Source of the DNA: Arenicellales bacterium
GTDB taxonomy: Bacteria; Pseudomonadota; Gammaproteobacteria; Arenicellales; Poriferihabitantaceae
NCBI GenBank assembly: GCA_963457535.1
Contig: OY734803.1
Location: forward strand, 1,108,977 to 1,172,976
Direction: 5' to 3'
Length of the DNA: 64,000 nt
Part shown: one piece after another, positions 38,261 through 48,543 of the stretch
How the letters are laid out: each line of letters starts with the position of its first letter
How positions within the stretch are numbered: position 1 is the first letter of the stretch
Translations under genes and position numbers: made by a program
The notes under the pieces: model-generated
What the model saw: only the letters and a program-made list of their open reading frames with translations
Database searches by the model: none
What the model was told of the DNA's origin: nothing

Positions 38261-39193
38261 GTGAAAACCGCCGCAACCACAACCGCGGCATGCGAAACGC
38301 ATGCGCAACTCGCCGCTTTCGCGCGCGATTTCAGCGTGGAGACCACGCCGGCCGGAGACGCGAAAATCGGCGACTACCGCGCGCACCTGCCGCCCGGAAC
38401 CACGGTCGCCATCACCCACTTGCCCGGCGCCGAAATCCGCGACAGCGTGCGCGTCGCCGCGCGTCTGCGGCGCGAGGGGTTTGAGCCGGCGCCGCATCTG
38501 GCCGCGCGGTCGCTGAAAAGCGAGGCCGAATTCGCCGACTTTTTGGCGCGCCTTTCGGGCGAGGCCGATGTGCGCCACGCGGTCGCGCTCGCCGGCGCGC
38601 CGCCGAAACCGCTGGGGCCTTTTGACAGCAGCATGGCGCTTTTGGAAACCGGGTTGCTTGACAAACACGGCATCACCACCATCGGCGTCGCCGGCCACCC
38701 CGAAGGCAGTTCGGACATTTCCGATGAAATGCTGGCCGAGGCATTGCGACTGAAAAACGATTTCGCCGAGCGCAGCGGCGCGGACATGTATATCGCCACG
38801 CAATTTGTGTTTGAGGCCGCGCCGCTTATCGCATGGGACAAGGCGATTCGCGGCTCCGGCAACCGCCTGCCGATTCACGCCGGCATTCCGGGGCCGGCCT
38901 CGCTGAAAACCCTGCTCGGTTACGCGCGCGCATGCGGCATCGGCGCCTCCATGCGTTTTTTGACGCGCCAGGCGCGCAATGTGGCGAAACTGATGACGCT
39001 GTCCACGCCCGACCAACTATTGCTGGACCTCGCCCGCCACCGCGCGCGCGACCCCGAATGCGGCGTCACCCACGCGCATTTTTATCCGCTCGGCGGCCTG
39101 CGCCGCACCGCGCATTTCGTGCGCGCGCTCGCCGAAGGCGAGTTTGTCGTCACCGCCGAAAGCGCGTTAAAATTAAACGCGCCCCTCCCCTAA
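38261..39193 (+). CDS. methylenetetrahydrofolate reductase (MetF-like)
   Basis: FSVETTP...HLPG..., GVAGHPEGS, FVFEAAP and HFYPLGG motifs. A GTG start is assumed. Confidence 0.75.
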   Translation: MKTAATTTAACETHAQLAAFARDFSVETTPAGDAKIGDYRAHLPPGTTVAITHLPGAEIRDSVRVAARLRREGFEPAPHLAARSLKSEAEFADFLARLSGEADVRHAVALAGAPPKPLGPFDSSMALLETGLLDKHGITTIGVAGHPEGSSDISDEMLAEALRLKNDFAERSGADMYIATQFVFEAAPLIAWDKAIRGSGNRLPIHAGIPGPASLKTLLGYARACGIGASMRFLTRQARNVAKLMTLSTPDQLLLDLARHRARDPECGVTHAHFYPLGGLRRTAHFVRALAEGEFVVTAESALKLNAPLP

Positions 39194-39216
39194 CACCTCC
39201 CCGCGCCGCAAAACCC

Positions 39217-40122
39217 ATGACCGACACCGTCCTCTCCTCGGCCAACGCCGAAGTAAAAATCGGCTTCGGCCGCCCGTTCGTCATCATCGGCGAGCGCATC
39301 AACCCGACCGGGCGAAAAATTCTCGCCGAGGAAATGAAAACCGGCGACTACTCGCGCGTGGAATCCGACGCGCGCGCGCAAATCGCGGCCGGCGCCGACA
39401 TGCTGGATGTCAACGCCGGCATTCCGCTCGCCGACGAGCCGCGCATTCTGGCCGAGTCCATTCGGCTGGTGCAGTCCATCACCGACGCGCCGCTTTCCAT
39501 TGACTCGTCCATAGTCGCCGCGCTGGAAGCCGGGCTGGAGGCGTATCAGGGCAAGCCGCTGTTGAACTCGGTCACCGGCGAGGAGGAGCGGCTGGAGTCG
39601 GTGCTGCCGCTGGTCAAAAAATACGGCGCGGCCGTGGTCGCGATTTCCAACGACGAGGCCGGCATTTCGGAAAACCCGGACGAGCGTTTTGCGGTCGCGA
39701 AAAAAATCGTGGAGCGCGCCGCCGACCACGGCATTCATTATTCGGATGTGGTGGTGGACCCGCTGGTCATGCCGGTCGGCGCGGTGAACAGCGCCGGGCG
39801 GCAGGTGCTGGATTTGGTCAAGCGCCTGCGCGAAGAACTCAAAGTCAACACCACCTGCGGCGCCTCCAATTTCAGTTTCGGCATTCCCAACCGCAAGGGC
39901 ATGGACGGCGTGTTTTTGTCCATGGCGATCGCCGCCGGCATGACTTCGGCGATCACCAACCCGCTGCACGAGGAAGTCATGCAGGCGGTGATGGGCGCGA
40001 ATGTGGTCACCGGAAACGACGCCAACTGCGCGAAGTGGCTGAAAAAATACCGCCAGCCGGCCGAAGAAGGCGCGGCGCGCGGCGGACGCGAAGGCCGGCG
40101 GCGGCGGCGCGCGCGGGAATAA
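39217..40122 (+). CDS. pterin-binding methyltetrahydrofolate:corrinoid methyltransferase (DHPS-like TIM barrel)
   Basis: FVIIGERINPTGRK...DMLDVNAG...LSIDSS...LLNSVTGEE...TCGASNFSFG. Confidence 0.8.
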   Translation: MTDTVLSSANAEVKIGFGRPFVIIGERINPTGRKILAEEMKTGDYSRVESDARAQIAAGADMLDVNAGIPLADEPRILAESIRLVQSITDAPLSIDSSIVAALEAGLEAYQGKPLLNSVTGEEERLESVLPLVKKYGAAVVAISNDEAGISENPDERFAVAKKIVERAADHGIHYSDVVVDPLVMPVGAVNSAGRQVLDLVKRLREELKVNTTCGASNFSFGIPNRKGMDGVFLSMAIAAGMTSAITNPLHEEVMQAVMGANVVTGNDANCAKWLKKYRQPAEEGAARGGREGRRRRRARE

Positions 40123-40137
40123 CTTAACCGCGCCGGC

Positions 40138-42168
40138 ATGCCCGACACCGTCCAAGTCGTCTTCACCCCGTCCGGCAAGCGCGGGCAAATCGCGGCCGGA
40201 AAAAGCGTGCTGGAGGCGGCGCAGCAACTCGGCGTGGATCTGGACACGGTGTGCGGCGGGCGCGGCCTGTGCGACCGCTGCCAGATAGACCAGAGTACCG
40301 GCGAGTTCGCCAAGTTCGGCATCACCTCCGACCCGTCGCATTTGTCGCCGCCGAGCGCGGCCGAGCGCGAGTTTTTCGGCGCGGACGCAAAACCGCAACG
40401 CCGCCTCGGCTGCCAAGCGAAACTGCTCGGCGACGCGGTCATAGACATTCCGCCGGAAAGCCAGGCGCACCGGCAGGTGGTGCGAAAGCGCGCCGATGTG
40501 CACGGCATCACGCTCGGACCGGCGGTGCGGCTGCATTACGCCGAAGTTCCCGAGCCGAACATGCACGAGCCGAGCGGCGATTTGCAGCGGCTTTTGGACG
40601 CGCTGGAATTTGAATGGGGCCTGCGCGATTTGCGCTGCGATTTTCATGTGCTCGCGGCGCTGCAACCGGCGCTGCGCGAGGGCAAATGGAAAGTCACCGC
40701 GGCGGTGCATGCCGAGCGCGATGTCATCGGCGTGTGGCCCGGCCTGAAGTCGGAGGCTTTCGGCGTCGCCGTGGATGTCGGCTCCACCACCATCGCCGCG
40801 CATCTGTGCGATCTGGTCAGCGGCGAAGCGCGCGCCGCCGGCGGGCGCATGAATCCGCAAATTCGCTTCGGCGAAGATTTGATGAGCCGCGTCTCCTACG
40901 CAATGATGAATCCGGGCGGCGAGGCCGACATGACGCGCGCGGTGCGCGAGGCGCTTCAGGGGTTAATAGAAGAGGTCGCGAACGAAGCGAAAGTCGCGTC
41001 CGAAGATATTCTGGACTTGGTGCTGGTCGGCAATCCGGTCATGCATCACTTGCTGCTCGGCATCAATCCGGTGGAATTGGGCGGCGCGCCGTTTGCGCTG
41101 GCCACCGACGCGGCGGTGACCGCGCGCGCGAATGATTTGGAGTTGCGCGTTCACCCCGGCGCGCGCGCCTACCTTTTGCCGTGCATCGCCGGGCATGTCG
41201 GCGCCGACGCCGCGGCGGCGACGCTTTCCGAGGCGCCGCATGCGCGCGAGGAAATCACGCTGGTGGTGGATGTCGGCACCAATGCCGAGTTGGTGCTCGG
41301 CAATTCGCGCAAGATGGTCGCGGCCTCCAGCCCGACCGGGCCCGCGTTTGAAGGCGCGCAAATCAGCGGCGGGCAGCGCGCCGCGCCCGGCGCGATAGAG
41401 CGCGTGCGCATTGACCGCGAAACGCTGGAGCCGCGCTTTCGCGTCATCGGCTGCGAAGCGTGGTCGGATGAAAAAACCTTCGCGGAAAACGCGCAAGTCA
41501 CCGGCATCTGCGGCTCCGGCATCATTGAAGTCATCGCCGAATTGTTTCTCGCCGGCGTCATTAAATCGGACGGCGTGATAGACGGCGCGGCCGCGGAAAA
41601 AAGCGCGCGGGTTTTGCCCGATGGAAAAACCTGGTGCTATTTGCTGCATGGCGATGAAAAACAAGGCATCAAAAAAAACCCGGGCGCGCCGCTCATTCGC
41701 ATCACGCAAAACGATGTGCGCGCGATTCAGCTCGCAAAGGCCGCGCTCTACGCCGGCGCGCGCCTGCTGATGGACAAACTCGGCATTGAAAAACTGGAGC
41801 GCATTCGCCTCGCCGGCGCATTCGGCGCGCACATAGATGTCAAATACGCGATGGTGCTCGGCATGATTCCCGACTGCGAACTCGCGCATGTCACTTCCGC
41901 CGGCAACGCCGCCGGCGCCGGCGCGATCATCACCCTGCTGGACAAAACCGCGCGGCTGGAAATTGAAGACACCGTCCGCCGCATTGAAAAAATTGAAACC
42001 GCGATAGAGCCGAAGTTTCAGGAGCACTTCGTGGACGCGCTCGCCATCCCGCACAAAAGCGCGGCGTATGAAAATCTCAGGAAGGAAGTGGAATTGCCGG
42101 CGCCGTCAATGGGCGCGGACGGCGAAGCAAGCGGCCGCCCGCGGCGGCGTTCGCGGCGGAGGAACTAG
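40138..42168 (+). CDS. corrinoid reductive-activation enzyme (RamA/RACE-like; 2Fe-2S ferredoxin plus ASKHA ATPase)
   Basis: N-terminal CGGRGLCDRCQ ferredoxin motif, then GVAVDVGSTTIAAHL and VVDVGTNAELV ASKHA phosphate loops. Confidence 0.8.
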   Translation: MPDTVQVVFTPSGKRGQIAAGKSVLEAAQQLGVDLDTVCGGRGLCDRCQIDQSTGEFAKFGITSDPSHLSPPSAAEREFFGADAKPQRRLGCQAKLLGDAVIDIPPESQAHRQVVRKRADVHGITLGPAVRLHYAEVPEPNMHEPSGDLQRLLDALEFEWGLRDLRCDFHVLAALQPALREGKWKVTAAVHAERDVIGVWPGLKSEAFGVAVDVGSTTIAAHLCDLVSGEARAAGGRMNPQIRFGEDLMSRVSYAMMNPGGEADMTRAVREALQGLIEEVANEAKVASEDILDLVLVGNPVMHHLLLGINPVELGGAPFALATDAAVTARANDLELRVHPGARAYLLPCIAGHVGADAAAATLSEAPHAREEITLVVDVGTNAELVLGNSRKMVAASSPTGPAFEGAQISGGQRAAPGAIERVRIDRETLEPRFRVIGCEAWSDEKTFAENAQVTGICGSGIIEVIAELFLAGVIKSDGVIDGAAAEKSARVLPDGKTWCYLLHGDEKQGIKKNPGAPLIRITQNDVRAIQLAKAALYAGARLLMDKLGIEKLERIRLAGAFGAHIDVKYAMVLGMIPDCELAHVTSAGNAAGAGAIITLLDKTARLEIEDTVRRIEKIETAIEPKFQEHFVDALAIPHKSAAYENLRKEVELPAPSMGADGEASGRPRRRSRRRN

Positions 42169-42707
42169 CGCGAGAGTTCGGAAAAATGCGGGTCCATTTC
42201 AGTGAAGTGCGAACAGGCATCTTTCAATTCCTGCGACGCGTGCTGCCAGAAAATCACATGCACTTCAAAGCCGCGCCGCATCAAACTTCGCACCGCCGGC
42301 ACATGGTCGCCGTCTCCGGCGACCAGCACGAACCGGTCTTTTGACTTGTCCGCCTTCTCGTAGGAATCTTCCAGCATCGCCGCGACGATGCCGGTGTCGA
42401 TTTTTTTCTCCTTGTTGTCCGGATTTCGGTCCTCAATCACCAATTCAAAACCGGCTGATTTGGCGACCGCCCACAGCGAATCGTTGGGCGGCGGACGCGA
42501 CCCGAACAACACCGCGCGCTCGGCGCCCGAATTGCCGTTTTTCGAGATGAAGTGATACAACTTGCCGAAATCCAGCCGGTAACTGGAATCAAAAATCCGG
42601 CGGCGATTGGCATCCTGCATATCGAGCGCATAGCCATTCTTGACCGCCGCCACGCGCTGCCCTTCGATAAAGACATTTGAGTTGTCGACATAGATGAATT
42701 TTGCCAT
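42165..42707 (-). CDS. NYN/LabA-like (PIN-fold) domain protein
   Basis: Start at MAKFIYVDNSNVFIEG, internal KIDTGIVAAML and VLVAGDGDHVPAV, the conserved acidic NYN positions. Lower GC. The stop overlaps the convergent RamA-like stop (CTAG). Confidence 0.65.
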   Translation of the reverse strand: MAKFIYVDNSNVFIEGQRVAAVKNGYALDMQDANRRRIFDSSYRLDFGKLYHFISKNGNSGAERAVLFGSRPPPNDSLWAVAKSAGFELVIEDRNPDNKEKKIDTGIVAAMLEDSYEKADKSKDRFVLVAGDGDHVPAVRSLMRRGFEVHVIFWQHASQELKDACSHFTEMDPHFSELSR

Positions 42708-42766
42708 TTCTGCTCTCCCGGCATGCAACTGCCCGCCCGGCGCATTATACCCGGGAATGCGCGCCG

Positions 42767-44314
42767 CTAAAAACTCGCGTCCGCGAAAGACGATTTGCGC
42801 TTTTCCATGAAGTCGCGCAGCCCTTCGTCAATGCCCGGGTCCAGCGGCGGCGGCGCGTATTCCTGCAGCATTTTTTGCGACAACTCGTGGGCGCGGTGCG
42901 CGGCGTCTTTTGCGCCGTCGGCCTGCCACTGTTCAAAACTGTTGTTGTCGGCGATGGCCGAGCGGTAGAACGCGGTTTTGAAGTTGCGCTGGGTGTGCGC
43001 GCAGCCGAGGAAGTGGCCGCCGGGGCCGACTTCGCGAAGCGCGTCCAGCGCCTGGCCGTTTTCGGACAAATCAAAACCGCCGGCGAACACCTGCATCATT
43101 CCGCATTGGTCGGCGTCCATCACCAGTTTTTCGCAGCAGGTCGCAAGCCCGCCCTCCAGCCAGCCGGCCGCGTGCAGCATGAAATTAACGCCGGCGAGAA
43201 CCCCCGGCAGCAAAGTGTGCGCGCTTTCAAACGCGGCCTGCGCGTCCGGAAGTTTGGACGCGCACAAGGAGCCGCCGCTGCGAAACGGAACGCCGAGCCG
43301 GCGCGCGAGCGCGGCCGCGCCGTTCAGCACCAGCGCCGGCTCCGGCGTGCCGAAAGTCGGCGCGCCGGACTGCATGGAAATGGAACTGGCGAAAGTGCCG
43401 AAGATGACCGGCGCGCCGGCGCGCACCAATTGCGTGAACGCCATGCCGGCCATCGCCTCGGCCAGGATTTGCGCGAGCGTGCCGGCCGCGGTCACCGGCG
43501 ACATCGCGCCGGCCAAAATGAACGGCGAAATCACGGTGCCCTGGTTGTTGCGCGCATACACCTCGGCCGCGCCGAGCATGCTCTCGTCAAAAGTCATCGG
43601 CGAGTTGGCGTTGATCAGATTGACCAGCACCGCATTTTTGTCGACGAATTCCCCGCCGAACACGATGCGGCACATGGCCACGCTGTCCTCGGCGCGCTCG
43701 GGATGCGTGACCGAGCCCATGAACGGCTTGTCGCTGTATTTGATGTGCGAATAGACCATGTCAAAGTGGCGCTTGTTGACCGGCAGGTCGGTCGGCTCGC
43801 ACACCGTGCCGCCGGAGTGGTGCAGCGACGGCAGCATGTAGGCGAGTTTGACGATGTCCTGAAAATCCGAAATCTTCGCGTAGCGGCGCCCCTCCTTGAA
43901 ATCGCGGATGAAAGGCGGCCCGTAGACCGGCGCGAACACCGTGTGCTTGCCGCCGATCATCACGCTGCGCTTCGGGTTGCGCGCTTTTTGTTCAAACTCG
44001 CGCGGCGCCGAGTCGCGAATGATTTTGCGGCACATGCCGGGCGCAAAACGGACGCGCTCGCCGTCAATCTCGGCGCCGGCTTCCTTGAACAATTTCAGCG
44101 CGGACGGGTACTGAAAGTTGATGCCGATTTCGGCGAGGATGGCGTCGGCGTTTTTTTCTATCAGCGCCAGGCCCTCTTCGCCGAGCAACTCGTATTCGGG
44201 GATGACGCGGGTGATGTAGGCCGGCGCGGACGGCGCGGCGGATTCGGCCGCGGCCTGGCGCGCGCGGCGACCGCCGCGTTTTTTGCGCGCGGTGGAGGTT
44301 TCGGAATCGGACAT
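42767..44314 (-). CDS. MttB-superfamily (non-pyrrolysine) quaternary-amine:corrinoid methyltransferase
   Basis: 515-aa uninterrupted ORF with no in-frame amber codon. Family-typical segments as I remember them: EEGLALIEKNADAILAEIGI, GGHFLGCAHTQRNF. Confidence 0.8.
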   Translation of the reverse strand: MSDSETSTARKKRGGRRARQAAAESAAPSAPAYITRVIPEYELLGEEGLALIEKNADAILAEIGINFQYPSALKLFKEAGAEIDGERVRFAPGMCRKIIRDSAPREFEQKARNPKRSVMIGGKHTVFAPVYGPPFIRDFKEGRRYAKISDFQDIVKLAYMLPSLHHSGGTVCEPTDLPVNKRHFDMVYSHIKYSDKPFMGSVTHPERAEDSVAMCRIVFGGEFVDKNAVLVNLINANSPMTFDESMLGAAEVYARNNQGTVISPFILAGAMSPVTAAGTLAQILAEAMAGMAFTQLVRAGAPVIFGTFASSISMQSGAPTFGTPEPALVLNGAAALARRLGVPFRSGGSLCASKLPDAQAAFESAHTLLPGVLAGVNFMLHAAGWLEGGLATCCEKLVMDADQCGMMQVFAGGFDLSENGQALDALREVGPGGHFLGCAHTQRNFKTAFYRSAIADNNSFEQWQADGAKDAAHRAHELSQKMLQEYAPPPLDPGIDEGLRDFMEKRKSSFADASF

Positions 44315-44360
44315 GGGCGGGGACGGGGGTTAGGGTTGCCGGGGAAACGGACCGCCTAGT

Positions 44361-46229
44361 ATGCGCGTATTGCGCGCGCGCGGCAAGCGGTTTTTGCGGC
44401 TACAATTCCGCCGCGCAACCACCCCGCCCGCACCCGTGCCCTCTTCGCCCGCCCCCGCCCCGATCACCGACGGCGCCCGGCTCTACCGCCGCCTGCTCGG
44501 CCATGTTTGGCCCTACAAATGGGTGTTCGCGCTCGCCATTCTCGGCATGCTGACCGCCGCGGCCGGCGACGGAATCATCGTGGCGATGCTGAAGCCGATC
44601 ATAGATCAGGGCTTCGTCGACCGCGACGCCGCGTTCATTAAATGGGTGCCGCTGTTTTTGCTGGCGCTCGGGCTGGCGCGCGCAGTCGGCAATTTCATTG
44701 ACACCTACTGCATGAGCTGGGTCGCGCGCCGCGTGATTCAGGATTTGCGCCAGGCGATGTTTGAGCGCCTGCTGCGCGCGCCGGCCGAGTTTTACGACCG
44801 CACCGCGAGCGGCGATTTGGTGTCGCGTCTGACGCATGACGTGGAACAAATCGCCGACGCCAGCACCGGCGCATGCCGCGTGCTGTTTCGCGACTCGGTC
44901 AAGTCGGCGATTCTGCTCGGCTGGATGTTTTACCTGAGTTGGAAACTCTCGCTGCTGTTCGTGGTCATCATTCCGCTGGCGGCGCTCATCTTCAAGATGA
45001 CGGTGATGCGCTTTCGCGAAATCAGCGCGCGTTTTTTGGAGAGCATCGGCGAAATCACGCACATCGCCAAGGAGGCGCTGCTCGGCCACCGCGCGGTGAA
45101 AATTTTCGGCGCGTATGAACAGCAGCGGCGCGAGTTTTTGCGCGCCAACAATTACCACCGCCAGCAGACCATGAAGCGCGCCACGGTAACCGCCGCGAGC
45201 GTTCTTCTGACCGTGTTTCTCGCCGGCGCCGGCGTCGCCGGAGTGATCTGGGCGGCGCTCGGCCAGGACATCACGCCCGGGGTGTTTTCCTCCTACATCG
45301 CGGCGATGATCATGATGACCAAGCCGGTGCGCAATTTGTCCGAGGTGAATCTGAGCATTCAGACCGGGGTGGTCGGCGCGAATTCCATTTTTCGCACCAT
45401 TGACATGGAGCAGGAAAAAGACCTCGGCACCGCCGAACTCAAAAATGTGCGCGGCGATGTTCGTTTTGACGATGTCTCCTTCCGCTACGCGCGCGAGGGC
45501 ATGCCGGTGCTGCGCGATGTGTCGTTTGAAATCAAGGCCGGCGCCACGGTCGCGCTGGTCGGCGCCTCGGGCAGCGGCAAATCCACCATCGCCTCATTGC
45601 TGCTGCGGTTTTATTCGCCGCTGAAAGGCGCGATAAGCATTGACGGCATGCCGCTGGAATCGCTGACGCTGGAATCGCTGCGCGCGCACACCGCCATCGT
45701 CACCCAGGAAATCATTTTGTTTGATGACTCCATCCGCAACAATATCGCCTACGGCGAGGAGGGCGAAATTGACGCGGAGAAATTAACAAAGGCGGCCGAG
45801 GCCGCGCGCGTCAATGAATTCGCCGGGACCATGCCGAACGGGCTGGACACATTGGTCGGCGAGCAGGGCGTGCGCCTCTCCGGCGGGCAGCGCCAGCGCA
45901 TCGCCATCGCGCGCGCGCTTTACAAGGACGCGCCGATTTTGATCATGGACGAGGCGACCTCGTCGCTGGATTCGGATTCCGAGCGGCACATTCAGGCGGC
46001 GATTGCGCGGCTGGTAAAAAACCGCACCTCGCTGATCATCGCGCACCGCCTGTCCACGATTGAAAGCGCCGATGTGATTTTGGTGCTGGAAAACGGCCGC
46101 ATCGCGCAGCGCGGCAGCCATGCCGAATTGCTGGCGCAGCCGGGCATTTACGCCAACCTGCAGGCCGCGCAGCACGCCGCCCCGGACGAACACGCCGCGC
46201 CGGCGAAAAGCGGCGCCGCGCCAGTCTGA
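44361..46229 (+). CDS. msbA: lipid A export ABC transporter (permease/ATPase)
   Basis: Six-TM domain plus Walker A GASGSGKST, signature LSGGQRQR and Walker B ILIMDEATS. The true start may be the in-frame GTG at 44436, downstream of a GCTACAAT -10-like box. Confidence 0.9.
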   Translation: MRVLRARGKRFLRLQFRRATTPPAPVPSSPAPAPITDGARLYRRLLGHVWPYKWVFALAILGMLTAAAGDGIIVAMLKPIIDQGFVDRDAAFIKWVPLFLLALGLARAVGNFIDTYCMSWVARRVIQDLRQAMFERLLRAPAEFYDRTASGDLVSRLTHDVEQIADASTGACRVLFRDSVKSAILLGWMFYLSWKLSLLFVVIIPLAALIFKMTVMRFREISARFLESIGEITHIAKEALLGHRAVKIFGAYEQQRREFLRANNYHRQQTMKRATVTAASVLLTVFLAGAGVAGVIWAALGQDITPGVFSSYIAAMIMMTKPVRNLSEVNLSIQTGVVGANSIFRTIDMEQEKDLGTAELKNVRGDVRFDDVSFRYAREGMPVLRDVSFEIKAGATVALVGASGSGKSTIASLLLRFYSPLKGAISIDGMPLESLTLESLRAHTAIVTQEIILFDDSIRNNIAYGEEGEIDAEKLTKAAEAARVNEFAGTMPNGLDTLVGEQGVRLSGGQRQRIAIARALYKDAPILIMDEATSSLDSDSERHIQAAIARLVKNRTSLIIAHRLSTIESADVILVLENGRIAQRGSHAELLAQPGIYANLQAAQHAAPDEHAAPAKSGAAPV

Positions 46230-47236
46230 TGTTGCGCGAATTGCGCCGCGGCTGGCGGCGGCCGCGCTGGCGAAACCGGCTGGCCTATCCGCTGTCGCTG
46301 TTGTATGCCGGGCTGATGCGCGCGCGCGCGCATGCCTACCGCCGCGGACTGCTGCGCAGCCGGCGCGTCGCCGCCACGGTAATCGTGGTCGGCAACCTCA
46401 CGGTCGGCGGCGCCGGCAAAACCCCGCTGGTCATCGCGCTGGCGCGCGCCTGCAAAGCGCGCGGCATGAACCCCGGCGTCATCGCGCGCGGCTACCGCGC
46501 CGAGCGCAAACATGGAACGGGCGCGCGCGAAGTCGCCGACGGCATGAGCGCGCGCGAAGTCGGCGACGAGCCGCTGCTGATTTTTCGCAGTTGCCGCGTG
46601 CCGGTCGCGGTCGGGCGCAGCCGCGCGCAAAGCGCGCAACTTTTAATTGACAAACACCGCTGCGACATCGTCATCAGCGACGACGGTTTTCAGCATCTGG
46701 CGCTGCGCCGCGACCTGGACATCGTGGTCATTGACGGCGAGCGCCGCTTCGGCAACAACTGGTGCCTGCCGGCCGGCCCGCTGCGCGAGCCGCCGTCGGC
46801 GCTGGCGCGCGCCGACATGGTCGTGGTCAACGGCGCCGGCGCGCGCAACGGCGAGTTTCAATTGGAGGCGCGCATTGAACACGCGGTGCAAATCGGCGGC
46901 GGCCGCCCGGAACGCGCGCTCGGCGAGTTCAAGGGCGCGCGCGTGCACGCGGTCGCCGGCACCGGAAACCCGGGGCGTTTTTTCCGGCAACTGCGCGCGC
47001 ACGGCATGGAAGTGGTGCCGCACCCCTTCCCCGACCACCACCATTTCGCCGCGGCCGATTTGGATTTCGCCGGCGGCACGGTGCTTCTGACCGAGAAGGA
47101 CGCGGTCAAGTGCGAGCCGCTGATAGCCGCCGGCGCGGCGCGCGGCGCGTATTGGACGGTGCCGCTGCTGCTGACGCCACCGCCTGCATTGCTGCGCGCG
47201 GTTTTTGACCGCATAGAGCGATGCGCTTCCACGTAA
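46229..47236 (+). CDS. lpxK: tetraacyldisaccharide 4'-kinase
   Basis: VIVVGNLTVGGAGKTP P-loop, ATGA-type overlap with msbA, conserved msbA-lpxK-kdsB order. Confidence 0.9.
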   Translation: MLRELRRGWRRPRWRNRLAYPLSLLYAGLMRARAHAYRRGLLRSRRVAATVIVVGNLTVGGAGKTPLVIALARACKARGMNPGVIARGYRAERKHGTGAREVADGMSAREVGDEPLLIFRSCRVPVAVGRSRAQSAQLLIDKHRCDIVISDDGFQHLALRRDLDIVVIDGERRFGNNWCLPAGPLREPPSALARADMVVVNGAGARNGEFQLEARIEHAVQIGGGRPERALGEFKGARVHAVAGTGNPGRFFRQLRAHGMEVVPHPFPDHHHFAAADLDFAGGTVLLTEKDAVKCEPLIAAGAARGAYWTVPLLLTPPPALLRAVFDRIERCAST

Positions 47237-47964
47237 TCATTCCGGCGCGCTACGCCTCGCGGCGGCTGCCGGGCAAGGCGCTGCTGGACATCGGCGGCAA
47301 GCCGATGATCGGCCGCGTGATTGAATGCGCGCAGCGAAGCGAGGCCGAGTCGGTGGCGGTGGCGACCGACGACGAGCGCATCGCCGACGCGGCGCGCGAA
47401 TTCGGCGCGAAGGCGGTGATGACTTCGCGCGAGCACAATTGCGGCGCCGAGCGCATTGACGAGGCCGCCGACGCGCTGGAACTGGACGACCGCGACATCA
47501 TCGTCAATGTGCAGGGCGACGAGCCGGACATGCCGGCCGCACTGATAGACCAGGTGGCGCGGCTGATCGCGCAAAAACCGCTCGCCTCCATGGCGACCGC
47601 GGCCGCGCCGCTGAACGCGGCGCAATTGCGGCAGCCGTCGGTGGTCAAGGTGGTCTGCGACCGCGACGGTTACGCGCTGCTTTTCAGCCGCGCCGCGGTT
47701 CCGTGGACTTCCGGGGAAGACATTAGTGGGGGCGGGGGCGGCGACATCGCCCGCCGCCACCTCGGAATCTACGCCTACCGCCGTGAATACCTGCGGCGTT
47801 TCACCAAAATGGGCGGCTGCGAATTGGAGCGGCGCGAGAAATTGGAGCAATTGCGCGCGCTGTGGCACGGCGACAAAATCGCCTGCGCCGACGCGGTGGA
47901 GGCGCCGTCGGCCGGGGTGGACACCCGCGCCGACCTGGAGCGCGTCCGCAGAAATTTCGCCTAG
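47221..47964 (+). CDS. kdsB: 3-deoxy-manno-octulosonate cytidylyltransferase
   Basis: [16 protein letters not shown]...NVQGDEP motifs. Confidence 0.9.
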   Translation: MRFHVIIPARYASRRLPGKALLDIGGKPMIGRVIECAQRSEAESVAVATDDERIADAAREFGAKAVMTSREHNCGAERIDEAADALELDDRDIIVNVQGDEPDMPAALIDQVARLIAQKPLASMATAAAPLNAAQLRQPSVVKVVCDRDGYALLFSRAAVPWTSGEDISGGGGGDIARRHLGIYAYRREYLRRFTKMGGCELERREKLEQLRALWHGDKIACADAVEAPSAGVDTRADLERVRRNFA

Positions 47965-47968
47965 GGGC

Positions 47969-47997
47969 TTGCATTCGCGGCGCGCATGCGCTATATT
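47969..47997 (+). promoter_or_regulatory. candidate sigma70 promoter of rplM-rpsI
   Basis: TTGCAT (47969-74), 17-nt spacer, TATATT (47992-97). Confidence 0.55.
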
Positions 47998-48062
47998 CGC
48001 CGGTCCGTTCGGGGGGCGACCCGCGCCGCCCGGACATTTTTCACGCCTATTTTCCCGCACCG

Positions 48063-48491
48063 ATGAAAACCTTCACCGCCAAAAAAGACACGCTGCGCCG
48101 CGACTGGTTCGTGGTGGACGCCGAGAACAAAGTGCTCGGCCGTCTCGCCACGCAAATCGCGCACCGCCTGCGCGGCAAGCACAAGCCGGAATACACCCCG
48201 CATGTGGACGGCGGCGACTACATCGTGGTCATCAACGCCGGCAAGGTCGCGGTTACCGGCAACAAGGCGCTGGACAAGCGCTACCACCACCACACCGGCC
48301 ACCCCGGCGGCATCAAGGAAATTTCCTTTCAGGAAATGATGGCGAAGCACCCGACGCGCGCGCTGCGGCACGCGGTGCGCGGAATGCTGCCGCGCAACAA
48401 ACTCGGGCGCGCGATGCTGGCGAAATTAAAGGTCTATGCCGGCGCCGAGCACTCGCACCAGGCGCAGCAGCCGAAACCGCTGAAACTTTGA
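48063..48491 (+). CDS. rplM: 50S ribosomal protein L13
   Basis: [49 protein letters not shown]. Confidence 0.95.
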   Translation: MKTFTAKKDTLRRDWFVVDAENKVLGRLATQIAHRLRGKHKPEYTPHVDGGDYIVVINAGKVAVTGNKALDKRYHHHTGHPGGIKEISFQEMMAKHPTRALRHAVRGMLPRNKLGRAMLAKLKVYAGAEHSHQAQQPKPLKL

Positions 48492-48543
48492 AATTCCGCG
48501 GGGTATAATCTCCCGCCAACGCACCTCAACCCAGAGCACTTCC

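Noticed and set aside
42767-44314. Possibility of a pyrrolysine (in-frame UAG) in the MttB homologue.
   Set aside because: The ORF is uninterrupted over 515 codons and no pyl genes are present, so this is a non-Pyl MttB-superfamily member.
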